Positions 38,146 through 51,997 of a stretch of DNA of 64,000 nt are shown here, piece by piece (the stretch's first letter is position 1; the number at the start of each line of letters is the position of its first letter). The notes beneath the pieces are model-generated. The model did no database searches. It was not told where the DNA came from and worked only from the letters and a program-made list of their open reading frames with translations. This DNA is from Octopus sinensis (lineage: Eukaryota): contig NW_021834405.1 in NCBI RefSeq assembly GCF_006345805.1, positions 1-64,000 of the forward strand, given 5' to 3'. The position numbers and the translations under genes are program-made.

Positions 38146-38520
38146 GCACACACAGATTCACGCACACACAAACACACACACACACTTGTAAATGTATTCT
38201 GACATATATTCTAGATTATTTACAAAACTAACGTTTCTTTGTTGGTGGTGATGATGATGATGATGATGATACTAACAATATTATTATTATTATTAATAAT
38301 AATAATCTTTTGTACTATAGGCACAAGCCCTGAAATTTGGGAGCGGGGTTAAGTCGATTATAGCGACCCCAGTGCATAACTGGTAATTATTTAATCGCCC
38401 CCGAAAGGATGAAAGGCAAAGTCGACCTCGGCGGAATTTGAACTCACAACGCAACGGCAGACGAAATTCGGCTATGCATTTCGCCCGGTGTGCAAACGAT
38501 TCTGCCAGCTAGCCGCCTAA
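37815..38520 (-). mobile_element. Two Nin-SINE copies (about 37815-38035 and 38305-38520)
   Basis: atgaaaggc..ag..ga..cggaatttgaactc core in both. Confidence 0.75.
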
Positions 38521-38630
38521 ATGATGAAATATCTGACATATTGATAGAATCAGATTTTATAATGCACACACACACACACACACACACTTGTAAATGTATT
38601 CTGACTTATATTCTACACTATTTACAAAAC

Positions 38631-40096
38631 GTCGTCGTCGACTAAACCGTCTTGGTTTAGTCCTGATCTCCAAACGGAGAAGAAATGGGACTAGATAACG
38701 ACTAGGGTGGCCACTCTCACCGGCAATGAGCCGAGAAGAAGCTGTCCCTAAAAGGTCGGGCGGAGGTGGCGAACACGTACATCGCATGCGTCATCTACTA
38801 CCGCCTGACCGTCGTGCCTTGCCCCGACCCTACCATCACCGAACTGGAACGCAAACTCTTCCACTTCTTGTGGAAAGGATGCGTTCCGATGGTCAGTAAC
38901 CGCCGCTAAAAGAGGGTTGGTCATGCCGTGGTTGATGATGCGCACACACGCGCTGAGACTGCGACTTCTTCGGCTCAACGTAGACAACGGTGAACAGGTA
39001 TAGTTGCCGTTTGTGAGGGGCGCTTTATCGCAGCTCGTCTCCATGACCGAACTGCAGTCGTAGATCAAAAAGAGACCGAGGAAAGGCGAATGGCACCGCG
39101 TGTGTCACGTTGCTCTCGAGAAACTATGCCGTCCAGGGTCGGCCTTGAGCGACTGTATCACAACCAAAGCATTCTATAGGGGATTAGTGGAGGGGAATTA
39201 CGACGACGATTTCGGGGGCGAACCTGGGCGTCGACGAGGAATACCTGACCCGCCTGTTCAATATGACTTACGGGCCGGGACCTTTGGACAACTTCCAGAG
39301 ATCCCTGGCCTGGCAGTGCTATTGAGAAGCGCTACCCGTTCGGGATAAGCTCTACAGGCATGGCTCGAGAAACACTGGACCGACTTGCTCGAGATGCAGT
39401 CAGAGCGACGAAACCGTTCTGCACGCACTCGTATAGCGTCCAAACATTTCTGACCTGTGGGCCTATGTCGAACAACTGCTATCGCGTGTGGGACGAATCA
39501 ATTCGTCAGCCGAGTCTATCGTTAATATTGTCGCGTATCCTTTCTTCAAACGGGAAGGAAGAGCCATTTTTATCGTACTTGTGGCTATGGCGAAAGAATG
39601 TGTATGGTGGACGCGTCTGAAAGGCTTCGCTGGTCAACCTCACATCAACTTCTTCAAGTATCACTTGATAAAGAAGGTGAGAGTAGAGGGGGAAGTTTTG
39701 TTTAGCAAATGTTTCAATAAAAGATGGGTGAATGTAGCAAGAATGCTACGTGTGAATGAGGGAGCCACTTTGAGCATAATCCTTTGAACGAGAAAAATAA
39801 AGGAAAAAAATAAAGCGAGTCACTTATTGTAATGTGTCTTTGTAGGACATTATTGCCCGAGGTTACTGTGGTCTTTTCCGTTGGCTTTTCTTTCCACAGA
39901 TAAACCTAATCTGTTTTTTTTTTGTAACATTTACAATACTGTCTGTGATACACGATCCCTTTCGATCGGCACTTTTTTTTTTCACGATCCCTTTTGATCG
40001 AAATTTTATTTTCTCGTTTTCCTGTCTTCGAAAGAAAAGCTCTACACTGTATTTTGTCCCGTATGTTTTCGGCCCTGTGTGATTAATAAAGAAACA

Positions 40097-40100
<4 letters not shown>
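38631..40100 (+). mobile_element. L1/Tx1-clade LINE, 5'-truncated and decayed
   Basis: Frameshifted ORF2 C-terminus (LSLKGRAEVANTYIACV, LFHFLWKG, LDNFQRSLAWQC, CSRCSQSDETVLHAL zf-RVT-like); homologous to 59400-61620; AATAAA near the 3' end followed by (TATC)n. Confidence 0.85.
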
Positions 40101-40154
<54 letters not shown>

Positions 40155-40204
40155 ATATATATATATCTATATATATATATATATATTATATATTATATAT
40201 ATAG

Positions 40205-40273
<69 letters not shown>

Positions 40274-40809
40274 CTAGCTAGCTAGCTAGCCAGCATACAT
40301 CACACACCTGGGAAAGTATGTTTCGTTGTTTAGTTTTTGAGGCTGCTTTTTCTTTTTAATTTCTTTCATATTGTTAAATACTGGTGGATCGCAACTCGTG
40401 AAATGTTTTCCGGTGACGGAGTGGAATTTGAGCTAAGAACTCACAGAACTGGAACAGATGCCGCAAAGCAACCCATTCGACACTCAAACAATTCCGCCGA
40501 TCCATCAACCTGAACTCATACACTATTTATCGGTCACAAAAAGATGAAAGGCAGCGTTGGCATCGGTGAGATTTGAACTGTGTGCACAGAGTCGGAACAA
40601 ATAACGTAAGTCATTCTAACCGGCATTCTCACGACTCTGCCATTTCACCTAATACACCGACATACAAACATACATAATATACATACTACATACATCATAC
40701 ATACATACATACATACATACATACATACATACATACATACGCGTATAACTTTTGTAAATATATGCTTGTGTGTACTTATACACACAGACACACACACACG
40801 ACAGAAGTA

Positions 40810-41236
40810 AATAGACACCCTTATAATCGTTAAAATTTATTTAAATCTGAAATTATACATTCAAATTATTTATCAATTGTTATGATATGAATATTTGATA
40901 TTTAGTAGTCCTGCCCTTTGCATTTTTCAATGCAAGGACCCTATTAGGCCTTTTAATAATCGGATGACGAATATTCTCTTGCAGAATTTCTTGCCAAGTT
41001 TCCTGCATTAATCACCAAAGATCTGACTTTGAAGATGCTTTCTTGTTCTTTTTATGAAGTGTTCTCTCCATAATACCCCAGAAGTGTTCAATAGGGTTCA
41101 TATCTGGTGAGTGGCTTGGCCATGGAAGCTTTTTAACAACATTCTCATCCAACAAATCTTGGGTTATTTTAGCCGTGTAAGAAGGAGCTCCATCTTCTAT
41201 AAATAAACAGTCTTCTTTAATCATTTCACGACTGGA
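40810..41236 (-). mobile_element. Tc1-like (DD34E) transposase 3' fragment
   Basis: FIEDGAPSY..WPSHSPDMNPIEHFW in ORF 41012-41224. Confidence 0.85.
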
Positions 41237-41291
41237 ATATATATATATATATATAATATATATATATATATATGGTATTATTATATATATA

Positions 41292-41381
<90 letters not shown>

Positions 41382-41419
41382 ATATGTATGTATGTTTATG
41401 TATATATATATATACATAT

Positions 41420-41625
41420 GTGTGTCTATGTTTGTCCCCCACCACCAGTTCATAAACGGTACTGGTGTTTACATACCCATACAATAGCAGTTCGGCAAAA
41501 GACACCGATAGAATAAGTACCTGACTTAAAATATTTAGTAAGTGCTGGTGTCGATTTATTCGACTAAAATTCTGCAATGCTGTGCACCAGCATGGCCGCA
41601 GTCTAATGTTTGAAATAAGTAAAAT
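41420..41625 (+). mobile_element. SINE family B, 3' half, degenerate
   Basis: ttcggcaaaagacaccgatagaataagtac..ccagcatggccgcagtc. Confidence 0.7.
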
Positions 41626-42103
41626 AAATTTATAGACGCACACATACATTCATACATACCTACATATATAAACTAATATATATACATATAATTATTTATT
41701 GAATCAGATATTATTATTCTCACTTTTATTAGTTTTACAAATTCTTTTCTTCAGGTAATGTTTCATAATTTCATCTATTTCTGCTGCTTCTTTAAAATTC
41801 AAATGAAAATGAAACTTTTTTTTTTTTGCCGTTTGAATTACTTATATCTTTCCCCATAGTCTGTTATGTTTGAGTTATTGGTTTGTCTATCTGTACATTT
41901 TAACGTTCTTGTTTATATATCTTTCTGTTTGAATGTCAATGAATTTTGAATTTATTTTAAGCGTATATTCGTCTGAACATTAGCATATTCATTTGAACTT
42001 TCCATGTACCTGTATATGCGTAGATAAATGTATTACTTTGTTCATATATATAAAACTCCACCAGAATGGACGAAAGCGCTAATATATATATATATATATG
42101 AAA

Positions 42104-42348
42104 TATGATATATGATGTATAAAAACATGTAATATATAAATAAATATCTGTAAATATAAAACCATCCGAATTTCTGAGTACCTCATTTCTTCTAATATAA
42201 AATACCAGTACATCATCTCCAAACCTAAATATAAAATGATGTACAGGTATTTTATATTAGAAGAAATGAGGTACTCAGAAATTCGGATGGTTTTATATTT
42301 ACAGATATTTATTTGTATATTATATGTTTTTATACATCATATATCATA
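42104..42348. repeat. Near-perfect inverted repeat, ~113-bp arms and 19-bp spacer
   Basis: 42104-42216 is the reverse complement of 42236-42348 with few mismatches. Confidence 0.9.
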
Positions 42349-42399
42349 TATATATATACATACATACATACAACATACATACATACATACATACATACA

Positions 42400-42431
<32 letters not shown>

Positions 42432-42546
42432 AATACATACATACATATGTATATATATGCTTGAATATATCTACATGTCTTCGTGGGTTGGAAGTACGTG
42501 GTTTCTCTGTCGATTTAGTGATGAAGTGACGTTATTCTATCTCCAA

Positions 42547-42777
42547 GGCGGCGAGCTGGCAGAAACGTTAGCACGTCAGACCAAATGCGTAGCCGTATTT
42601 CGTCTGCCGTTACGTTCTGAGTTCAAATTCCGCCGAGGTCGACTTTGCCTTTCATCCTTTCGGGGTCGATTAAATAAGTACCAGTTACGCACTGGGGTCG
42701 ATATCATCGACTTATTCCGTTTGTCTGTCTTTGTTTATCCCCTCTATGTTTAGCTCATTATGGGCAGTAAAGAAATA
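42547..42777 (+). mobile_element. Nin-SINE family A, full length with TSD
   Basis: 16-bp TSD gttattctatctccaa at 42531-42546 and 42778-42793. Confidence 0.92.
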
Positions 42778-43319
42778 GTTATTCTATCTCCAAATAAGGT
42801 GAGAAGGAAATGTGTGTTTAAATAAAATTTCCTTTCCCACTATTTCAATATTCTTATCTTTGGTGCTTTATTAATTGAATAATAAAACGAGGTTATGTTA
42901 AGATTATTACTAACCAAGTGCAAAGAATATATTACAAAAAATGAAGAATGAAAATGAAAAGAAACTGTTTATTCTATTATGATAAGTATGCTGTTAAGAT
43001 TTTTGTGTAAAATTAATCCGCATATGAATGCAGGAAGTAATTAATTGTGTGTGTCTATTAAATATTTTGCTCGGTTGTTTCAAAATCGATATTTATTGCT
43101 TATCATAGACTTGAAAAACTATATATTTCACATTAGTTTTGTAGCTAATATTCTTGATAATGTTCTAAATGTCAAATTATGATGATGAGATCGATCCTTA
43201 ACAAATATAGGTATGGCTGCGAACTTCTGTTCATAGTCATTTGTTAAGACGAGATATTGTCAGTGACTGCGTATACAATTGATTCTCCTTGGACTAGGCA
43301 CAAACAATCGCTTCTTCAT

Positions 43320-43676
43320 GATGTTGCTGTTGCTGTTGAGCGAACGGTCTTCGCCCCAGAGCTCGCAAGGTTGGAGAAGTCCGAAACGTGGTCCTTTGCT
43401 ATTCATAAGATCCGCAGAAGAGAAAGCAGGTCAACCCCCGACACCGAGAGCATCGACGGATGGATGAATGCGCATCCAGGCTCAGCGGTTGCATAGGAAG
43501 TCGGGGTCAAGAAACAGGAAGAAAGATGGAGCGAAAGAGTACAACAGGGGTCGCCACCACCCCCTGCCGGAGCCTCATGGAGCTTTAGGTGTTTTCGCTC
43601 AATAAACACACACAACGCCCGGTCTGGGAATCGAAACCGCGATCCTCCGACCGCGAGTCCGCTGCCTTAACCACTG
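43320..43676 (-). mobile_element. SINE family C, tail type i
   Basis: Reverse complement of about 11885-12240. Confidence 0.8.
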
Positions 43677-45769
43677 ATGTTGCTGTTATCAGTATTGTAG
43701 TATTGACAAAATTCTTATAATGTGAATCAGCTTACTTTACGCTAATTTATGTAAAAGATTCTCCTGTAATCAAGTTGGAGGGTTTTTACCAAGTTGGTTC
43801 TTACAGCCTGGACGGATTTTATGTTTTTACACGCCTTATCGTTTGAAATAATGTCAGCTAAGTTCCCCGGCTCATAGCTTGCACTATGCTGGTGAGGAAG
43901 GTGCTGTTGGAAAGCTGCCGAATATTGAGTAGCACGAATCAATCCTGAACAATCATGATGAGATTGTGGCTTTACTGTCACGTTGCGACTCTTCTACAAA
44001 CAGCTATCAAACAGCTTTCGTTTCCTCATGTATAAGAGCATGGGTCTTAGCTTCGACAGTGTAGCGTCTTATAGTTTGTTCACTAGAAACAGATTACATA
44101 TAATCTGAACTAGTTCTCTCTATCGTAACTGGCTCAATCTATCAACTTTACTCTATAAGCCATTTTAAAGGCTCTACCCGCTTCAAACGCTCCCAAAATG
44201 GTTAACGATTTACTTCGTTACTCCACCCCGCTTAACTAAGTCTCTAGCGTGGTCTATTTCTCAGTTTCTAGAGATCGGACTATGCTGTCTATCTGGTAGA
44301 CTGTACAGATCACAAATTTGTGGTCTGTGTAGCTGATCGGTTGAAAATATGGTCAATCTATGCTCTCCCTATTCGCTAGTCTAATACATATCCTGTCAAA
44401 GTACGACCCGGATAACACGATGCAGTTTCATGTGTGTTTGTGTATTGCTTTGGAGAAGCATTTCTTAAACACTTTTTTCGGTTGTGGTGACAGGTTTTGC
44501 TTCTCTGCTGATTTTGCCAAATTATAAGAATACTAATTTCTTCAATAGGCACAGGCACAGAAAAATTGGTGTAAGTGAACAGTCGCCAGTTTTTGTTTAG
44601 TACATTAGTTCATTCACTCCGGAAGGATAAAAAGCAAAGTCGATTTCGATGGCATATGAAGCTCTGAATATGAAGGGCGTCGTGACCAAATTCTGCAAGG
44701 CATTTTGTCCGACGCTCTAACAATTCTTTCAATAATAATGACAACAAATTCTTGGAGCCGGGATTTGCCAATAATAACAATAATAATAATAATAATAATA
44801 ATGATAATAATAATAATAATCAATCATGATGAACCCGGCAGCATAATATTTAATGATGGAATACATTTTGTTCATGTTTTTTCTTATTCTTTCCAACCAA
44901 GCACATCGTTTTTTTTTCTCTCCTCCCTTTTTTGTCACTTAAAATACTTTTTTCTTATTCTGTAGAGAGACGTTTTTTCTTGTGATATTTCTGAGTTCAG
45001 CTTGAGTAGTTAGATCTTCAACTTATAAATGAAACAAGCTGTTCAGGTCTATATTCTTCGTGACAAATGTTGTGAAGATATTCAATGAGCGTTCTCGTTT
45101 TATGTATCGCCATCTTTAATAAATTGTTTATTTATTTATTCATTTTTATTCCGGCTTTTCTTTCTTTTTGTTTCTGTTTTATTCTGTTAAAAACGAAGCT
45201 CTTAGAATGAATGAGAGAGAGAAAGAGGGGGGGAGGAGAGATGAAAAGCAAAAATAGACAAAACAAAACTAAAACAACAACAGCAAAACAAAAATCAATG
45301 ATAACAAGAAACGTCTGGAATGTCTGATTTTTATTATTATTATTTGTTTATTTTGTTTTATTTATGTCTTTTTTTTTTTTTTTTGTTTTTTTGTTGTTTT
45401 TTTTTGTTCTTTTTTTTTTTAAGTATTGAAAGTTGCCTTGGTTTCTGAAAGGATCAAAATATTTCTTAAATTTATTCGTTACCCCGTTCTAAGAACTTTC
45501 CAATCTTTTGAAACTGTTTGGCGTCAACCTCCTTCATTTTGTTTATTTACTTATTTATTTTAGGAGCGGGGACATGGAATATAGAACGAAGGGAAAAAAT
45601 ATACACTGAATAAATAGCGGGAAAGAAAAAATAAGCGAAGAAAAGGAAAAGAATAATTATTTATTCAAGCATAAATACTTAAGAAGCTGAGTTATAGAGA
45701 AGAGAAAGGATGGTGTTGCCATAGTTGTTGCTGTTGGTGTAGACTGTCGTTATGACGTTGTCTGTGTTG

Positions 45770-46190
45770 GTGTGTGTGTGTGATAGAGAGAGAGGGGGAA
45801 GAGTGAGAGAGAAAGTGTGTGTGTGATAGAGAGAGAGGGGGGAGAGTGAGAGAGAAAGTGTGTGTGTGTGTGTGAGAGAGAGAAAGTGTGTGCGTTCGTG
45901 TGTGTGTGAGAGAGAGAGAGAGAGAAAATGTGTGTGTGTGGTTGTGTGTGTGTGTATGTGTGTGTGTGAGAGAGAAAGTGTGTGTGTGTGTGTGTGAAAG
46001 AGAGAGAGAGAGAGAAAGTGTGTGTGTGTGTGTGTGAAAGAGAGAGAGAGAGAGAAAGTGTGTGTGTGTGTTGAGAGAGAGAGAGAGAGAAAGTGTGTGT
46101 GTGTTGTGTGTGTGAAAGAGAGAGAGAGAGAAAGTGTGTGCGTGTGTGTGAGAGAGAGAGAGAGAGAGAAAGTGTGTGCGTTCGTGTGTG

Positions 46191-46232
<42 letters not shown>

Positions 46233-46250
46233 TGTGTGTGTGTGTGTGCG
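45770..46250. repeat. Compound (GT)n(GA)n minisatellite with recurring gagaaagtgtg junction
   Basis: Directly visible; about a dozen variable-length units. Confidence 0.9.
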
Positions 46251-46456
46251 TACACGCGTAGGCGCACGGGTGCGTGGGTTGCGTTCGTCTAAGTATGAGT
46301 AGTTGCGTTGTGTTTGGTAGAAAGAAGTTTGAAGGAAAAAAGTTTGCAAAGACGGAAATAATAGTAAAATAACAACAAAAAACTCAATTATGTGAGAAAG
46401 AAAAATAAATAAATAATATCTTAGATTGGGGATGAGAGCGTCAATAGGAGAGCCGA

Positions 46457-46496
<40 letters not shown>

Positions 46497-46739
46497 AAGA
46501 GAGGGGGATAGAGAGCAAGGGAGAGATAGAGCGGTATTAGAGGAGTAGAGGAGAGAGATGAAGCAAAAATGAAATGTAGATAAAGAATAAAGGAGATAAG
46601 TAAAAGAGGAAAGCAAAGGAAAAGAAAAAAAATGCAAAATAATGAAGGATTGCGCTTCAATAAAAGTGAAAAAATGCTGGAAATTTAAATAACCGGAAGT
46701 AGGACGTAAAAATGCCATCAGAAAAGTGAATGAGAGTGA

Positions 46740-46740
46740 G

Positions 46741-46811
<71 letters not shown>

Positions 46812-46911
46812 CATGGATAGATAGGTAGATAGATAGATAGATATATAGATAGATAAATAGATAGATAGTAGATAGATAGATAGATAGATATATAGATAGA
46901 TAGATAGATAG

Positions 46912-46944
<33 letters not shown>

Positions 46945-46999
46945 GATAGATAGGTAGATAGATAGATAGATATGATAGATAGAATAAATAGATAGATAG

Positions 47000-47030
<31 letters not shown>

Positions 47031-47135
47031 GAATAGATAATAGATAGATAGATAGATAGATATATATAGATCGATAGATAGATGTAGATAGATAGATAGA
47101 TAGATAGATCGATAGATAGATAGATAACATGGATA

Positions 47136-47166
<31 letters not shown>

Positions 47167-47230
47167 TATAAATAGATAAATGGATATAGATAGATACGAT
47201 AGATAGATAGATAGATAGATAGAGATAGAG
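46740..47230. repeat. (GATA)n array
   Basis: Directly visible. Confidence 0.95.
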
Positions 47231-47919
47231 ATATATAAAGAGAGAGAGAGAGAGAGAGAGAAGAGAGAGAGTGAGAAAAGGAGAAACACGAGCGATATAT
47301 GCAGGCTTACATATTTACATTTGCATACATACATACATACACATATATAAATAAATATACACATGTATGTGGGTATAAATATATGTATACAAATATATTC
47401 ACATATATATATATGTATATGTGTATAAGTGTATGTGTGTGTGTGTGTGTACATATATGAAGACTAATACGTTAGAAGAGCTCAGGCGACGAAACGAATT
47501 AACAACAATAAAATGAAAATCTTGAGATAAGAAATAAGAAATTAAGAAATACGAAAAGAAGCGTTCCCTTAAAGATGATTCGTTAGAATACGTGACAACA
47601 CTAAATATGGACGGAGCGGGATTCTTTTAATATATCACTGCTGACACTCGAACAAAAGAAAAAAAGATGGCTGCTTAGATATTAAGCCATTGAATGTGTT
47701 AAATTCAAGGATTACAATTATAGGATGGAAGACGACGACGTAGATTGAGGAAAATACCTCGAAGGAGTCTTTTGAATACTAAATAGAAATGCGATTGGAT
47801 CTGATAAATGTAATACTAGACAGAGAGATACAGGTGGAAAATCCGGGGTTGATTAAGTTCACTTTTCTAGTCGAAATACTTGATCCTCTTTGTCATTTAA
47901 TAAAGAAAATACACACACA

Positions 47920-48054
47920 TGCTTACCAACCACATGGTTCCGGGTTCAGTCCCACTGCGTGGCATCTTGGGCGAGTGCCTTTTACTATAGCCTCGGTCCG
48001 ACCAAAGCCTTGTGAGTGGATTTGGTAGATGGAAACTGAAAGAAGCCCGTCGTG

Positions 48055-48092
<38 letters not shown>

Positions 48093-48100
48093 GTGTGTGT

Positions 48101-48142
<42 letters not shown>

Positions 48143-48161
48143 GTGTGTGGGTGTGGGTGTG

Positions 48162-48204
<43 letters not shown>

Positions 48205-48404
48205 TGTGTTCGTCCCTCTAGCATCGCTTGACAACCAATGCTGGTGTGCTTATATCTCCGTTACTTAGCGGTTCGGCAGAAGAGACCGATAGAATAAGTA
48301 CTAGGCTTGCAAAGAATAAATCCTGGGGTCGATTTGCTCGACTAAAGGCGGTGCTCCAGCATGGCCGCAGTCAAATGACTGAAACAAGTAAAAGAACAAA
48401 AGAA
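47920..48404 (+). mobile_element. SINE family B
   Basis: Colinear with 31960-32348. Confidence 0.85.
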
Positions 48405-48474
48405 CATACACACACACACACAAAGTTTGGTGGAACAAACAGAATAAATAGGGCTGAATGTGCTAGTTTATATA

Positions 48475-49330
48475 CTGGGTGCGGCGAATAAATTGTCGTC
48501 TAAATTCCGCAAAAATGAATATAATACTGACATCTCATTTTAACAGATATGTTTACCAAAATTACATGAAAATATCTTGAAATACTAAAGAGTTAATATA
48601 TTCAATAAAATCACCATTGACTTCAACCACGGCCTCCAGGCTACTTCAGAATTTCCTGCAACTCTTCTGGATGGTCTCCTTGTTTACGTTGGTAAATGCT
48701 GCCATAATCCTTGCCTTGGGTTCAACTTTTGTGTTACAAGGAGTTTTGTTGGTCTCTGCGCCCCACACATAATAATCAAGGAGGTTGCAGTCTGAGGAGT
48801 TAGGGGTGAGGTGGTCGCAGAAATTGTCTGACAGCCATGACTGGGTTCTCCTGCTTTTGTGGCATGGTGCAGAATCCTGTTGCCAGACATAGGGTCTTCC
48901 AGCAGCCACCTTCTTGGCCCAGGGCAGCACTACCTCCTCCAGGCACTTGATGTAGGCCTCCGTGTTGAGTCTGAGGTCGTATGGGAAGATAAATGGAGGC
49001 ATAACGTCACCGTCGCTAGTGATTACTCTAAACACCGTGATTTTGAGTGGATGTTTGATTTTTATCACCCACGGTACATGTTTTGGGAACACGGCAAACA
49101 CTCAGATTGATATCCAAACACTCGGAAATGTTCGTATTGGAGCTTCCGGTGTGAATGCCAAGCAGTACAACATGTCGTTTCCAAATTTCTGGCAGAGTGA
49201 ATTGTATCATGGTGCTGTCTTTCTCTTAACTGACCCTACAATACTGTGTGGTTATCAAAATCAAAAACAAATAGTGCGCATGCGGAAAATTAAAAATATA
49301 AAATGGTGGCAATTTACCCATTGGATCCTG
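48475..49330 (-). mobile_element. DD37D/maT-like Tc1/mariner relic, internally deleted
   Basis: ORF 48646-49101: KHP..VITSDGDVMPPFIFP..YVWQQDSAPCH..NSSDCNLLDYYVWG; degenerate TIRs sharing taaattg.c with TA flanks. Confidence 0.8.
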
Positions 49331-49362
49331 TACAAACACACAGACACACACAGACACACACA

Positions 49363-49408
<46 letters not shown>

Positions 49409-49675
49409 GGCATAGGAGTAGGTGCAGGAGGCGCTGTGTGGTCAGAAACTTGCTTCTCAACCACATGGTTCCGGGCTCAGTCCAACTGCGTGGCACCTTG
49501 GGCAAGTGTCTTCTACTATAACTTCGGGCTGACAAAAGCTTTGTCAGTATATATATATATATATATATATATACTTTATTTAAAGCAGCAGAAAATTCAA
49601 CAAAACCTGTTACTCTGAGTTTCCCGTTGAGTACTCTTTTTTCCACCTTGTTTCACATTTATGTGTTTACTCCGG

Positions 49676-49711
<36 letters not shown>

Positions 49712-49744
49712 TATACATATATATATAAGCAATAATAAATCTCT

Positions 49745-50620
49745 GTGCGAGGTATACACAGTAGCTGCACGACTTCGTGAAGTATATACGCCTCTTAAAT
49801 GTGGCTAACCCTTAAGGGTGGACGCTACTGTAGCTTGTAGCCCCAGGAGGACACCTCCTCCAGCTGGCTATTGACACACTTTCTGTGCCTTATCAGTATT
49901 TGCAAATACATGCTTTCACTCCACCCCACACTTTTGTTCGCCATCCAACTCTACCCGAAGCAAGGGTTTCTATGTCTTTTGGATCCATTCCATGTGACTT
50001 CATAGTAGTCCTTATTACGTCCTTAAACCTAGTTTTAGGTTTACGCTGATAGCGTTTCCCCTCTACAGGCGCACCATAAAACAACTGTTTCGACATGCTT
50101 TCATCCGCCATTCGAGCAATATGGCCACACCACCTCTTTTGGTTTCTCAAAATCATAGCTTTAATTGAGGTGATGCCTGCAGATGCAAGGACATCTGTGT
50201 CTGGAGTAAAAGAACTCCATTTAATGTTCAAAAAGTGATGAAGGTATTTTTGGTGGAATTATTCAATTTAAAATACCTTTCATAACAAGTTCATGTTTCA
50301 CAAGAATACAACAGGGATGGTTAGACAAATGATTTGCAAAGAGCCAGCTTTGTATTCTTATTCATATGTCGATGGCATCAAATGCGTGACTCCAAGCCAC
50401 CAAATGCTTTTGTTGCCCTTTGAATTAGCAGATGTATTTCTGTATCAAGATTCCCATCATTTTGTACAGAGCTTCCAAGGTAGATGAACGAATGGACAAC
50501 CTCAAGTAACTTACCCTTAACAAAAAGTTTAGGTGGGGGGGGGACTACAAAAAGCAACACACGTAGGTAGATGCATTAAAACTGTTTCTTTTCTGAAAGC
50601 TGATGGTCAAACCAAAATCA
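49745..50620 (-). mobile_element. RTE/BovB-like LINE 3' fragment, decayed
   Basis: LEVVHSFIYLGS..DTEIHLLIQRATKAFGGL; RWCGHIARM..KQLFYG..GKR..PKTRFKD. Confidence 0.88.
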
Positions 50621-50724
50621 TTACAAGCCGAGTTTGCAGATACAAGAAATAGAGAGAGTGGGGGGAGAGATCCTTGACAAATGAAAGACAAACATGACTC
50701 CTGCCAGATTCGAACTTCCAACAA

Positions 50725-50768
<44 letters not shown>

Positions 50769-51744
50769 GCGAAAGAGAGATTAGGAGAGAAAAAGAGAGA
50801 TAGATAGTCCGATGCCATACCGATTTTACCAATCACTCCTACATTTACTTTGTTTTACTAAAAAGTAGAAAAAGAAGATGAAAAAAGACAGATTGGTCAA
50901 GGCTGGAACGATTTTGATCCTAGGTCTGCTCAGTCCAGTCTTGTTGGGTTAAACAGCAACACTACCATCATTTGGCCCAAGGATGTTACAGTGCTGCAAC
51001 CAATTAGATCACTCCAGCTCGTCCTCTCTCGACCGCCACACACTTTATTTCTCTCGGTATACACTGACCTGGAGATGATCAGACTAGGATAACAACCGCA
51101 TCGATCTCACCAATCTGGGAGGGTCTGCACAGATCATTGACATTGCTCTTTTCCCTCTCTCACTAAATTATGAAAGAATAAACAAATAACAAAATTAAAA
51201 ATGGTGGTCTTATGTGTTGTTTTCAAATGAGCGATATCTCTAAATCCCCCGGATTAATTTCACTGAAATTGGGAATTCGTTTTTCTCTTTTGCTTTCAGT
51301 TTTGTGAACAATTGTTTATATAAGTTAGCGAGGTGTGACGAAATTACAGAATACACATACACACATTTAAGCACACACACCTTTTTAGTGTTTGCATGTG
51401 TGTCTAAGTGTGTGTATGAAATGATGAAGGGAGAGAATAACGTAATAGAAAGAAAAAATAGAGGAGACAAGGAGGATAACTACAGCCAAAGACTACCTCG
51501 GACAGACTGATAGACAGACTGAATCATAGTCAGACCGACATACACATACACACGAATATATAATATTTTAACTAAAATAATTAAATGCGACAAATATATT
51601 GGGTGTGCCATTTCTTTCTTTTTTTTTTTTTTGAGGTCATCTCTTTCGAGAGCTCTAACTTTCTTCTAACTTAATTTTTTTTTACCTTACATTTCAGATA
51701 AATATCAGATAAAGTTCACTAAGCGAAGGAAAAGGCATACTATT

Positions 51745-51952
51745 ATTTCTACTCTAGGTACACTGCCTTCAAAATTTTGGGGGGAAATGAGCTAGTCGAT
51801 TATATCGACCCCAGTGCGTAATTGGTACTTAATTTATCGACCCCGAAAGGATGAAAGGCAAAGTCGACCTCGGTGGAATTTGAACTCAGAACGTAACGGC
51901 AGACGAAGTACGGATACGCATTCCGCCCGGCGTGCTAACGTTTCTGCCAGCT
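51745..51952 (-). mobile_element. Nin-SINE with 12-bp TSD
   Basis: aggcatactatt at 51733-51744 and 51953-51964. Confidence 0.85.
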
Positions 51953-51997
51953 AGGCATACTATTGTTGTTGCCTTAAAAACACAGCATAGTGATATA

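Noticed and set aside
45692-47454. ORFs of 191-354 aa rich in HT/LS/IYLS
   Set aside because: Translations of GT, GA and GATA repeats
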